64,000 bases of DNA from Chrysomallon squamiferum (Eukaryota > Animalia > Mollusca): the NCBI GenBank assembly GCA_012295275.1, contig CM022673.1, positions 9,920,001 to 9,984,000 of the forward strand, in the 5' to 3' direction. Position numbers and translations under genes: made by a program. How positions within the stretch are numbered: position 1 is the stretch's first letter; each line of letters begins with the position of its first letter. The notes beneath the pieces were generated by a model. It was given only the letters and a program-made list of their open reading frames with translations. It did no database searches and had not been told where the DNA came from. Shown here piece by piece: positions 34,300 to 64,000 of this stretch.

Positions 34300-34460
34300 T
34301 GCAAAACGTTATGATAACGAATCAAAACGCCTTTCAGTTTGCAAATGCTGAACAATCAAAAACGCCTTTCAGTTTGCAAGTGCTGAACAATCACGTTTAC
34401 AGTACAAAAGCCTGTAAAACGTTACGGTAATGAATCAAAACGCCTTTAAGTTCACGAATG
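34300..34460. repeat. Short direct repeats in integrin alpha 5' UTR/promoter
   Basis: aatcaaaacgcctttcagtttgcaa.tgctgaacaatca occurs twice and aaaacgtta....aa.gaatcaaaacgccttt twice, just upstream of the ATG. Confidence 0.75.
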
Positions 34461-35632
34461 ATGAATAACAGTGGCGTTTACATCTAGCTCCAGCGGCAAG
34501 AATGTGTTTCCGTTCAGCGTTTGACATCTCAAGTTTCCTGCGTCCTGGTTGACCATATTCCTAATTTTTTAAAATTTTAAAAAATTTTTTTTTTTTTTTT
34601 CTTAAATTTTTTTTTTTTTTTTTTTGATTGTTGCTGTTTGTTTTGTATGTTTTTTTCGAATATTTACTTTTTTTTTTCTTCCTCATTTTAAAATTTTTTT
34701 TTTTCTGTAATTTTTGTTCTTATGTTATCACTGTTGTTTGTACTTAACTGTTTTATTTATTTATTTATTTATTTATTCAGATATTATTATTATTACTATT
34801 ATTACTACTACACCACTACTACTACTACTAATCAATTATTGTTGAACTTGTTATTATTAATTTTGTTCTTGTTGTTGTTTTTTTTTTTTTTTACCGAAGG
34901 CATAATTTTCTTTATATATATATATATATATTATTTTATATTTTATTATTATTATTATTTATTCAGCATTTGTTAGATACCTTCACGTACATTGTATTGG
35001 TCTTATACATACATACATACATACATACATACATACATACATACATACATACATACATACATACATACATACATACAAACATACATACATACATACATAC
35101 ATATATACATCCATCTATGTTCCAGTCTCTCTCTCTCTCTGTAACTCCATCTCTTTATTTTTTATCACCTCCTCTGTTTCATAATCATAATAATGTATCT
35201 CTCTAAAATAATAATAATAAAAAAGAAATAAATATAAATAATTAAATAAATAAATAAAACAAAAGAGATGTAAAATATAATACACACGCAGTTTTAATAT
35301 TTGACAGAAATTTTAATTGAGCAAACATTTTAAGAGCTTTATAAGAATGACATAACCAATTCTTTATTTCTTCTGTATTTATATTTTTAATAACGAGCAC
35401 ACACACACACACAGACACATATTTTCATGAAGCATTTCTGTAATACCTATAATTCTGTTACAATACTCTCTTAGTTGTAAAAACTGAAATCGTACTGAAA
35501 AGCAAAAGCCCGAATGTTGTAATAAATATTCATTTTTAAAATTAATATTATTATTTTATTTAGAAAGAGTTTAAATTCACCAGTGACAAGCATTAAAATA
35601 ATCTATTTAAAAATTTACAAATATTTTTAAAA

Positions 35633-35682
<50 letters not shown>

Positions 35683-36087
35683 TACTTGAAACACTTTAAA
35701 ACAGTGGTTTCGCCCATATTCACATCCCAAATGTAAGTGTGTATTTTATAATATGAAAGCATCCTAGTACAGATACCATATCATGTCACAGTTTTGTGAA
35801 ATGATTTCTGAATCTGTCTGTCTCTCTGTCTATCTGTGTATTTATCCATCTATCTAATTACTACTACTACTACTACTACTACTACTATTCCGAAATTACT
35901 TCTGTATTTGAATCTCATACACCAGAAATCCAATATTCGTTTTCTGCGTGTTTTTTAACGTATGTGTGTCGATAGATAAGTAACTATACACAAACACGCA
36001 TCTACAGATATTTATAATCACCTTTTCCGGTTTTGGGATTATCTTTCTCATCTTCTTTTCTTTCTTTCATTTTTATTTTATTTTTTG

Positions 36088-36165
<78 letters not shown>

Positions 36166-36426
36166 CATCATTATCATAATCATAATCATCATCATTAACA
36201 TTACCATCATTATTTTCATTATCATTATCATTATTATTATTATCGTTCTCTTGTCCAGTGACAGATGAAAGTGAATAAATAATTTAAAAATAAGACAAGA
36301 CGCCAAATAGGAGAATTTTATTTTAAATTTTCATACCTGAACGATATCATACTTAAATTTGTACATAAGTAAACTCACACATGCATTGTACATTTACCTC
36401 TTCGTTTTACATAACTCGGTTGATTA

Positions 36427-36552
<126 letters not shown>

Positions 36553-37546
36553 GTATGTGCATGTATCTTTATGTATATGTATATATCTGTGTATGTCTAT
36601 GTATAAACAATGTGTGTATGTGGGTGTACTTGTACGTACGTATGTATGTATAAACAAAACAAAGAAGCATTATAATTAAAGCAGTCTATTTTTGTACAAA
36701 AATATAAAACTAACAACGCAAAAGATCAAAATGCTAAAACTTCAAAGCCTAGAATGCGAAACTGTATAAGAAAGGTAATTTTGTTATTGCAGTATTAATG
36801 TACGTATGCTTAGACAGGAAGAATAAAACAAAACAAAAACAATCAGTAATAATATATACTCTGCAATTTTATCTACTTGTGCCTTTAGTTTCAATATGCA
36901 TCCACTAAGTCGCTGAATTGTAGAGAGAGGACACTCAGGATTAATAATAATAACTGCAATAATGTTAATGATGATGTTGATGAAGAAGACGACGATGATG
37001 ATGATGATAATAATAATGATGATGATGATGATGATGATACCATATGATAATAAAGATGAAAATAATAATGATGATGCAGATGATTATGATGATGATGATA
37101 ATAGTAATATTAAGAAGAATTACAGTAATAATAATAATAATAATAAAGATGATGATGATGATGATGATAGTTACAAAAGCAATAATAATGGTAATGATAA
37201 TAATTACAAATAGTAATAGCAAAAACAATTTGTATATTAATAAAAATAATTATAGTAATAATAATAATAATAATAATAATATTAATAAAATAAAATAATA
37301 ATAATAATAAAAATAATAATTACAATTATAAATAAAAAAAAAAGAAAATAATTTCTATAATAATAAAAATAATTAATAGTAATAACAAAATAATAATCTA
37401 TAATAATAAAATAATTATAATAATAACAATAATAATAATAATAATAATAATAATTAAAACAATAACAACAATAATAATAATAATAATAATAATAAAGAAA
37501 AGAAAAGAAAACTAAATCTGGGTGTGTTTGTCAAATTAGCTGTGGT

Positions 37547-54519
<16,973 letters not shown>

Positions 54520-54860
54520 TCCATTTTTAAATCCGTGTTCTGCAGCAACAATTACTCGTTATTAAAACCGGTGATGGTGGTGGTGGGGGGTAGTTACGCC
54601 ATGACGCGCGAGTGGAATTAGCTCAGCAGGGAAAAATTTCTTTCTAGGGTTCGTACGTTCACCGGAAAGTGTGTGGAAGTCACTGACAACAGCCGGCCAA
54701 AGGTTTCCGTCGAGAACGTCAGGACGCCATGTCTGTGACTGAATCGACGTGACCTCGCCTCTCCGCCGAGAGCGCAAAAACAGGAACACACGAGTCCGCG
54801 CGTGTCGAGTGTTTCGTATCTCTCGGTTTGTAACGTTACTACCATGAGTCAGATGTTTTG
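54520..54860 (-). promoter_or_regulatory. CpG-rich 5' UTR / promoter of integrin beta
   Basis: GC/CpG-rich island directly upstream of the ATG at 54519 in an otherwise AT-rich window. AP-1 site TGAGTCA at 54845-54851 and ETS-like CCGGAA at 54662. Confidence 0.55.
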
Positions 54861-54864
54861 CTGG

Positions 54865-54907
<43 letters not shown>

Positions 54908-55099
54908 TCTGTGTGTGTGTGTGTGTGTGTATGTTTATCAGTTAGGTGATGTGCAGTATGTGTGTGTCTGTTTGTGTTCTTTTATATAAATCTATGACCA
55001 CACACTAATATAGATATGTTTGTTTGTCACTCCTTATCTTTATTTTTTCTTTATCTGTCTCATATTTGCTAACCTATCATTCTTTCTCGCAATTCCCCC

Positions 55100-55850
<751 letters not shown>

Positions 55851-56144
55851 TATTTGCTTTTTATTTTCCTCTTTTCTTTTTTATAGAATTTTTATTTCCT
55901 TTTATTCCTTTATTTTATATATAACATTTTGTTATTATTATTATTATTTTATTATTATTATTATTATTATTATTTTTATTTTTTTCTTCTTCTTCTTCTT
56001 CTTTTCTCATTCTAATGGATACTAACACAATATCAAACAAGTTATATAAATTATAATATTATATTGTTATTTCCTTAATTTTACTAATTTTCTTATTGAT
56101 ATATATTATTATTATATCATCATCATCATGTTTATTATTAACAT

Positions 56145-56179
<35 letters not shown>

Positions 56180-56546
56180 TTACCACTACTACTATTATTG
56201 TTATTACTTTTATTGTTACTATATTAATTTGCATTTGTTTCTGTCTATTTTCTTCTTCTTCTTTTTTTTTCTCCATCAGAGGCCTTTCAAAGCATATGCA
56301 CAGTTTTTAAATAATACAGTTATTTACTATTATATAAAAAAGAGCTTTTCATGCCTAGTAGTTTATAACAGGTATAGTTTACCGTATGACGCAAGAAAGG
56401 CAACTGAATATTTCTTCTTAAGTTTTGTCTTAATAGTAGTCTCCCTTGATACACAGTAGAAACAGTACTAGTCGTAGTAGTAGCAGCAGTAGTAGTAGTT
56501 CAGTATTAACACTGCCTCGTTTCATAATATTATTTATTTTATTTTG

Positions 56547-56595
<49 letters not shown>

Positions 56596-57334
56596 TTATT
56601 TTTATTTATTTATTCTTATTTTCATTATTATTCGTTGTTAATTATTGTTAAAAAATCTAAAAAATCTATAAATAAATAAATAAATAAATAATAATAAAAA
56701 AATATATGAAGAAGTAAATACAGCAGACATTCAGATCGATGAATCCTGCGAACACACTGTTAACGAAAAAAGAAAAGAAAAGAAAAGAAAAAAAAAAAGT
56801 CGTGGGATACTAGTTGGTTATAGAAGTATCAGAAATAACTTTAGAATTACCTCCACCTTGCACCTCTAAGTATGCTACAATCGGGCAGAAACATCATTTA
56901 TTTTTAATTTAAAGTTAACCAGCTTATAATATACGATGTGAAGAAATAAAATCTGACTCTTAGTTTCTCTTATAAACTGTGGCATTCTAACAGATGGCGA
57001 TTTAATTTCCTTTTAGTCCAAAACACCCTGAAAACAAAAAAAAAATGAAAAAAAAAAAAGAGAAAAAAAAGAGGAGAGAACGACTGAGGCGTATGTAGAA
57101 GAAATGGTCTATTACGCTTAAAAGAGTTTAACTGGAATCAATAATACTTAACGGTTCTAACGGAGAAAAGAAAATTGACAAAAGACGGACACTGACGTTC
57201 TGAAGACCTCTCGCAGAATTCCACCGACAGTCACGTTGCATAATGTGAACCCTACAGCTGTCAGCCAGAAATATCCATGACCGCGCAGAAGCGTGAAACT
57301 GATTGATTTTTATCTATAGATACTGATTGACGAA

Positions 57335-57400
57335 AACGTCATCCGGGTTCTCCGCAAGACAGGAAGTGGACAGAACAATGGCGGCCATTGTGGAAGGTAT
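57335..57400 (+). promoter_or_regulatory. Candidate promoter-like element (ETS + YY1-like), possibly with a short first exon ATGGCGGCCATTGTGGAAG|gtattt
   Basis: CAGGAAGTG at 57360, AATGGCGGC at 57377, CpG-enriched context. No convincing downstream exons were found. Confidence 0.3.
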
Positions 57401-57758
57401 TTAAATGCTCTGAGCAAGGACATCTTGTTTTTGTACGTTCGTTCGACGCTTCTTTTTCTCGCGCACTGGATTCTCGAATCGCTAATTACGTGTTTTCGCG
57501 AATGCGATGCACAATCGATGTGAGCGAACGGAAATGAAAAGAAAAATGGAATATTATGTTACGAGAGAGGGAAACTCGGGATTTGGTTTCAGAATAAGAA
57601 TTTTATTTTGTCATTTCACAATGTTGTTCTCAGACATGGATAAAGCCGAGGACAAAATAATGTTCATGATTTATTTATTTATTTATTTTATTTTTTTTTA
57701 TTTATTTATTATTATTTTGGTTTTTTTTTTTTTTTTTTTTTTTTGTTATCTTTATTTC

Positions 57759-57836
<78 letters not shown>

Positions 57837-59637
57837 TCTTCTTCTTCTTCTTCTTCTTCTTCTTCTTCTTCTTTTGGTACAATATGTACTTTTTACAGGC
57901 AGCTATAGTAATGAAAATATAGTTTTTTCAAATTATTCTATGGAACTGAACTTTAGACATATCGTATTTCACAAATCATGATTCATTATAACAACATATA
58001 TTTTTTTAAATGATATTTTTTTATATAAGATCAAACCAAAAAGAAAGAAACGTTGGAAAACGAAACAAAAGTACTGTAATTCATTAAAAGTCATCAGATT
58101 TTATTTGTACAATCCTAGGAAAAGGGGAAAGAATACTATAGCTTTCAAAATGTTAGAACCATAGGAACGCGATGGTATATTTAGTAAGTATGAATAAACG
58201 ATAAGTTGTGCTCAAACGTTTTGAAATATAGAAAGACACTTTGCATATTTATGCGTGTGTGTGTGTGTGTGTGCGTGCGTGTGTCTAATATCTCAGAATA
58301 AGGGGAAGGGATATAAAATGTTTAATTCTTGGAATTACAAAAAGACGATACGATTCCAGAATTACAAGACACGAAAGGTTGTGGCACATAAATCTTATAG
58401 TCTAGGAAAAGCGTGATCGTGTATTTAAAACCATGGAATAACGATTCATTTGATTATTTCCAGAGGCCTCTGAAAAATCAGGAGACATGCAAATTATACA
58501 AACTCTATACTTTTAACACTAAACTGTACGTGATTTATGATGACACGGGATCGTCATTAAACCACACTTCTACTAGAAGAGCTTTTGAGAAGGAGAGAAA
58601 AAAAAAGACAGTTTCACGAATAAACTGGGAAATCTTAGAGCAGTGCGTACACTCAGTCACAGACTGGGCAAAACTGTAGTCATTCATTTTCCAGACGAAT
58701 GAGTCTGGTGCGTTTCGGAAAGATGATTTAGCTTATCATACGAGATCAAAATAAATCTATTTTACGCTATGGTTATTTCTAAAAATAACGAAGACTTCGT
58801 ACTAGTAATCTTGTCTTGTTGGCGGTCATGTTTGGTCGCAGAGCAAGATCTTCTAAGATATCATAAATTTATAACCACATTTTTCTCTCTTTTTTTATTA
58901 TTATTATTTTTTTTTTTTTTTAGGTATATTATTAATATCCCAGGTATTTCATACCGTTGTAAATAATACGTACACAGGAAATTATGTAAGCTATTTTTTG
59001 TTACTTATTCTACTAAGTGGAAATTACGCAATTTATAATGTGTTCTCGATTTTCCGTTCTTGCTATCGTATCTTGTAACGAATTGCGTAAATAATAATAC
59101 AATTAATTACACACATGATTCCACGCAAATTGTATTCAGGCTCGTATTTTAATAACGTAGTTTATTAAGACTTGCAATAATTTGTTCTCGGCTCATATTG
59201 TTACCCAGTGTATTGCATAACTAATATCTAAAATAATAATATACACACGATTCGATAAAAAACGTCTTCATCTGGCCTGTTTTAACAACGTTATATCAAC
59301 TATTTTATATGTTCTCAGTTTCTGTTATATTCCTGTCTACCTAGCGTCTTTCGTTACTAATGCAAAAAATGATATATACTCAACAGATAGTATAAATTGA
59401 CTTTTAAAATAATTTTGATGACTCTAAATCAAGGTTTTCATGTTTTGTTCTCAATTCTCCATTATTTCCCGTTCTAGCCATTAGCGCATATGGTTAGTCT
59501 GTTAAATGTTTCAGTATAAGCTTTTCTGTCTTCGGAATAAAAATGCAGAAATAAATACAAGGCTGCGTGTCAATAAGAAAGCGCTAGAAATATGTTTACC
59601 TTCCCAGTATTTTTATCAGAAGCGTATAAATAAAATT

Positions 59638-59684
<47 letters not shown>

Positions 59685-61089
59685 TTTCAATTTATTATTA
59701 TTATTTTTAGGGTATTTTTTTTTTTTTTTTTATTTTTTAAACTTATTAATACTAAAATGTGCAGAAAAGCAATAAAAAAGTAAATAAAATAAAAAATTCA
59801 TTTCCCATGAGTGAAAATGAAATTATTACATCGAACAAGATTCCGAGAAGTCCATTACTGAATAGTATTATCGGATACAGACAGTGATTTGGAATTAAAA
59901 TAAAAATTCCCCCAGGTAATAAAAATTCAAACGTTTTCGTAGAATAAACAGTTAATTTTTAATTTCTTTTTTCTCTCCTGTGAATTACGAATTTCAGATT
60001 TGCTCTTTTGTTGTCGTATTTGTTTGTTTGTTTGTTTGTTTCTTCTTATTATTATTATTTACATTAAATATTGTTTAAGATTATAGAGTAGTTTAAATTT
60101 AACTTATGTATGTCAATATTGTTTTGGTTTTTTGGTATTGTTATTTTATTTTATTTTATTTTATTATTATTTTTATTATTACTATTGATATTGTTTGTTT
60201 TTTTTGCTGTTTTCTTTTCGAAATAAGAAAAAAAAAATAAAGAATGAAAAGGTATAAGAGATTGAGAAAGGGATTCAAAGAGAATGAGAGAAAGAGTAAG
60301 ACTAATAGAAACAGAAATAAAGACAAAGAAAAAATACATAGAAATGAGAAAATGGACAGAAAAAAAGATAAACATACTGATGGATAAACAGATAATTAGT
60401 TACATAGAGACAAAGACGCAAAGAAAGAGACACTGATAGAACGACAGCGAGAGAGACAGAAAAGTGATAGAGAGAAAAGGATAAAAAGAGACAGACGTAA
60501 GTACATGAAGAGAGACAGAAAAGTTATATAGAGAAAGGAATAAAAAAAAGATAGAGAGACAAATAAACAAAGAGAAAAAGTGAGAATTATACAGAGACAC
60601 AGAGAGAAAGAGGAACAGAGAGGAAGCATTATTGAGACAGGCACTTGGAAAACGTTTTGTTCTGACAACGTGTTGAAGGTTTCTGTGAAAAAAGAAACAG
60701 TCCATCACGGACTGTCAGAAAACGTTTTGAAAAGTTTCTCTACGTTCTCAGCGGAAGCCACATAAAAGTTTATTCGATTACACAGACTCATTCTAGAAAT
60801 GTATATTCACTAAGTGGAGATGTGTCAAGTAATGCTTAGAAAGGTTTTTCCTCTACTTACCTTTGATCCTCTCTCTCTCTCTCTGTGATATATTTATTCT
60901 CATATGTTTGTTATTTAATTCAATTACAGTGGTTATTTCTCTCACAGCATAAACTCAGTCACAGCAAACACACTAAAGCATATTATCTATCATTCGTTGT
61001 TCTTTTTTCTATTTCTCTTTCCTTCTCGTCCCACTCTCTCTCTCTCTCTCTCTCTCCGTCTCTCTCTATCCTCTCTCCGTCTCTCTTTC

Positions 61090-61162
<73 letters not shown>

Positions 61163-61180
61163 CTCTCTATCTCTCTCTCC

Positions 61181-61252
<72 letters not shown>

Positions 61253-61707
61253 TTCTCTCTGTCTGTCCCTGTCATTGTCTTCATCTAAGTATTTACTTCT
61301 CTTTCTGTCTCTCTCTGACTGTTTATCACTCTATATCTCTCAGTTACACGAATTAACGTCATCATCTGTACAGTCCTGCTGACGACACTAATATTTAAGG
61401 CGTCCTCGTGACTGGCAGTAATAATCTTTAGTAATGTTTTGACTAAAGACAGGCTGAGAATCAATGATCGACTCCACTGGTTGACTACCGCTCTTTGCCA
61501 CGGTCGTGTGTGCGCGGAAAAGATCCTATGTGATGCGATTCGCTTAAATACGTCTTAACAAGAATCGTTCGCACGTTAATAAAACTCACGAGTGTCTCTG
61601 GTGTTTGCATTTGTGTGCCTAAGAGAAACAAAATAATAATGAGAAAGACCAGAGAGAGATACTATCACACATACAGAACTAGATACACATATATAAACAC
61701 ATACACC

Positions 61708-61788
<81 letters not shown>

Positions 61789-62361
61789 TGGCCGAAATCA
61801 GCTCAGACGGACATTTGGGTGGATATCGCTGGTTCTCCGTCAGAGATTTTTGCTACTGTAATCATATATCAAATAATTGTTGCTTTACATTCCTTTAGAT
61901 CTGTCATTTTCGAGTTCGTTAATGCCATTAGTAATATCTATTTAATACCGTATTTTACATCCTATGTTAACTATCACAGCTAATTATGAGGTCGGCTCTA
62001 TAGTCAGAACCCAATCTGCAACGATTAAGAAAACATTAGAATCAACTGATGTTTTTAAAAGAAAAACGATATATCTGTTCACTACGCAAATACTGTATCT
62101 CTGTTTTACACTAACAGCAGAATCTGCTGTGCAAAATCGTTAAAAGGGCGATCTCTCTCTCTCTCTCTCTCTCTCTAACAGTTGCTGCGCCGTTACAAGC
62201 GGGCAGAACGTTGCGTATAGCACAGCCGTTTAAAAGGGACGTCAAATAAGAGATCGCACTCGAGTCGTATCTTCTTGGCGCAGGTGTGTGTGTACGTTTT
62301 CCGTCAGCCGGGATGAACTGTCATTTCGCGTGTGTTTCACCGATGGAGGTATGTGCAAAAG

Positions 62362-62434
62362 ATGACAAGTGAATCTGGATATTTCTGTTGGTGGCGGTTT
62401 TGTGCCTTGGTTTTTCTGTCATGTGTGTTCTTCG
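62362..62434 (+). CDS. Probable first coding exon (signal peptide) of a divergently transcribed secreted/membrane protein gene
   Basis: MTSESGYFCWWRFCALVFLSCVFF + G|gtgagt (strong donor, phase 1), preceded by a CpG-rich leader with a TTTAAAAG TATA-like motif at ~62229. Confidence 0.55.
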
Positions 62435-63035
62435 GTGAGTAGCTCTTTTTTTTTTTTAGGTTTTGTTTAGTTACGTCTCGGCGTATTTAGCTTCATGATA
62501 GCGTAAAAGCTTAATTCAGTTGTCACGATAAAAGAATTTAAAGATTTTTTTTTTTTTTTTTTTTTTTGACTTCGATACTGAGACCAGATTAGAAATCTGT
62601 CATTTGATTGTTGTTGGTTCTTTTTTCTTTTGTATCTTGTATATGTTTCACTTCTGTATATTGGTTTATTTATTTTAAAGTTCTTTAAGTTTTTGTGTTA
62701 TTAATTTGCATCCATGATATCAATATCGACGATAATAACAGTAACAATAACAAGAAGAAGAAGAACTTATAATAATGGTGATGATTATGATGGCGTTGAT
62801 GATCATATATAACGATGGTGATGATGATAGTGAAGATATGATGACGATAATGATGATGATGATAATCGTAATTTAAGTATTCGCAATAATAATAATTTTT
62901 AATAAAAGCTTAGTTAATTATTCCAAAGATAAATATCTAAACAAACAAACTGAATTACTGCTTTTAGCATAGAAAATATCTCTTTTCAATGGCTTTTAGA
63001 TAATAAATTATGTTTAAGGTATTATTAAAACAGAC

Positions 63036-63078
<43 letters not shown>

Positions 63079-63623
63079 ACAGAAAAAACCCCAGACAACA
63101 TCATGTTAAATAATCATTGTATATGTAATATTTTTTTCTTAATCTCCATCGAGAAGAACTGAAGCAGAAGCTCCGATATCAAAAGCTGATGCTCTATCGT
63201 TTAGCTAACCCTGAACATTCTAACTTGCAACATAGAGGAACACTGCTGAACACGAAAGAGGAAAACATTTTGTGTTTAACAGTATTACGTGTACGTAGCA
63301 GAGTTCGACTGGCAATCAAAACATGGTTTTTAAGTGTTCGACAAGATAAGATAGGACGTGGTGGGGGATAAGGTCGAAACCAAAAAAAGAAAAAATAAGG
63401 AAAAAAGCAAGGGACAAGGGAAAAAAGCAGACGAAAAAAAAAAAAGAGAAGAAAACAAAGATCGATCACTGATTTCTGTCATTTCTGGTGACTTGAGATT
63501 GCATTCCAAAAATAATGTGCATCGTTGGTTTTCCGTGGCAGTCCTCTCGACGAGGTTCATAATTACATTTTACTGTAATCGAATAGGTCACACCGAAATG
63601 ACGTGTGAGGGCTTGAGATGGAA

Positions 63624-63884
63624 GTATCGTCCTGTACGTATATCGTAAGAGGACTGCCACTATCATAAAGCGATGTTACAAATCGACTTTTGCAGTGTCA
63701 CTGAATATACAGAAGTTAGATTTTCATTTTGTATTATTATTATTACAGTTCGTCCTGTGTTCATCGTAAGAGGACTGCCACTATCATAAAGCGTTGTTAC
63801 GAATGGACTTTTCAGTGTTATTGAATATACAGAAGATAGTATAATTTTTATTTTGTATTATTATTATTGTTATTATTATTATTA

Positions 63885-63929
<45 letters not shown>

Positions 63930-64000
63930 GAGTATCGTCCTGTATTCTTCGTAAGAGCACTGCCACTATCATAAGCATTGTTACAAATCATTTTTGCAGT
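63624..64000. repeat. Three copies of a ~90 bp unit separated by variable (ATT)n tracts (truncated by window end)
   Basis: cgtcctgt....tcgtaagag(g/c)actgccactatcataa(a)gc..tgttac at ~63627, ~63751, ~63935. Confidence 0.85.

Noticed and set aside
63624-64000. Repeat-spacer-repeat pattern resembling a CRISPR array
   Set aside because: Units are ~90 bp and diverged, and the spacers are (ATT)n tracts; this is an ordinary tandem repeat.

Overview
Eukaryotic, very AT-rich, microsatellite-dense animal genomic DNA, most consistent with a mollusc (possibly a cephalopod; this is inference). No prokaryotic features are present, and most ORFs in the supplied track are microsatellite noise. Manual splice-aware reading of the minus strand gives three genes. 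(1) A complete 23-coding-exon integrin beta gene (54519->37547, ~799 aa). (2) About 3.3 kb downstream in the same orientation, a complete 22-coding-exon I-domain-less integrin alpha gene (34291->20505, ~974 aa after correcting two 1-nt homopolymer insertions). (3) The 5' end of a probable troponin T gene whose N-terminus is built from phase-2 microexons (4395->154, continuing off the window). A divergent plus-strand signal-peptide exon near 62.4 kb suggests a fourth gene. Between TnT and integrin alpha lie a ~6.5 kb higher-order satellite and a mariner-derived MITE. The most notable observations are the tightly linked beta-alpha integrin pair, a near-perfect antisense copy of a beta-integrin coding exon with its splice sites inside an upstream intron, a non-canonical MIDAS/ADMIDAS (DLSRTMKEH), and tandemly duplicated acceptors at the alpha transmembrane exon.
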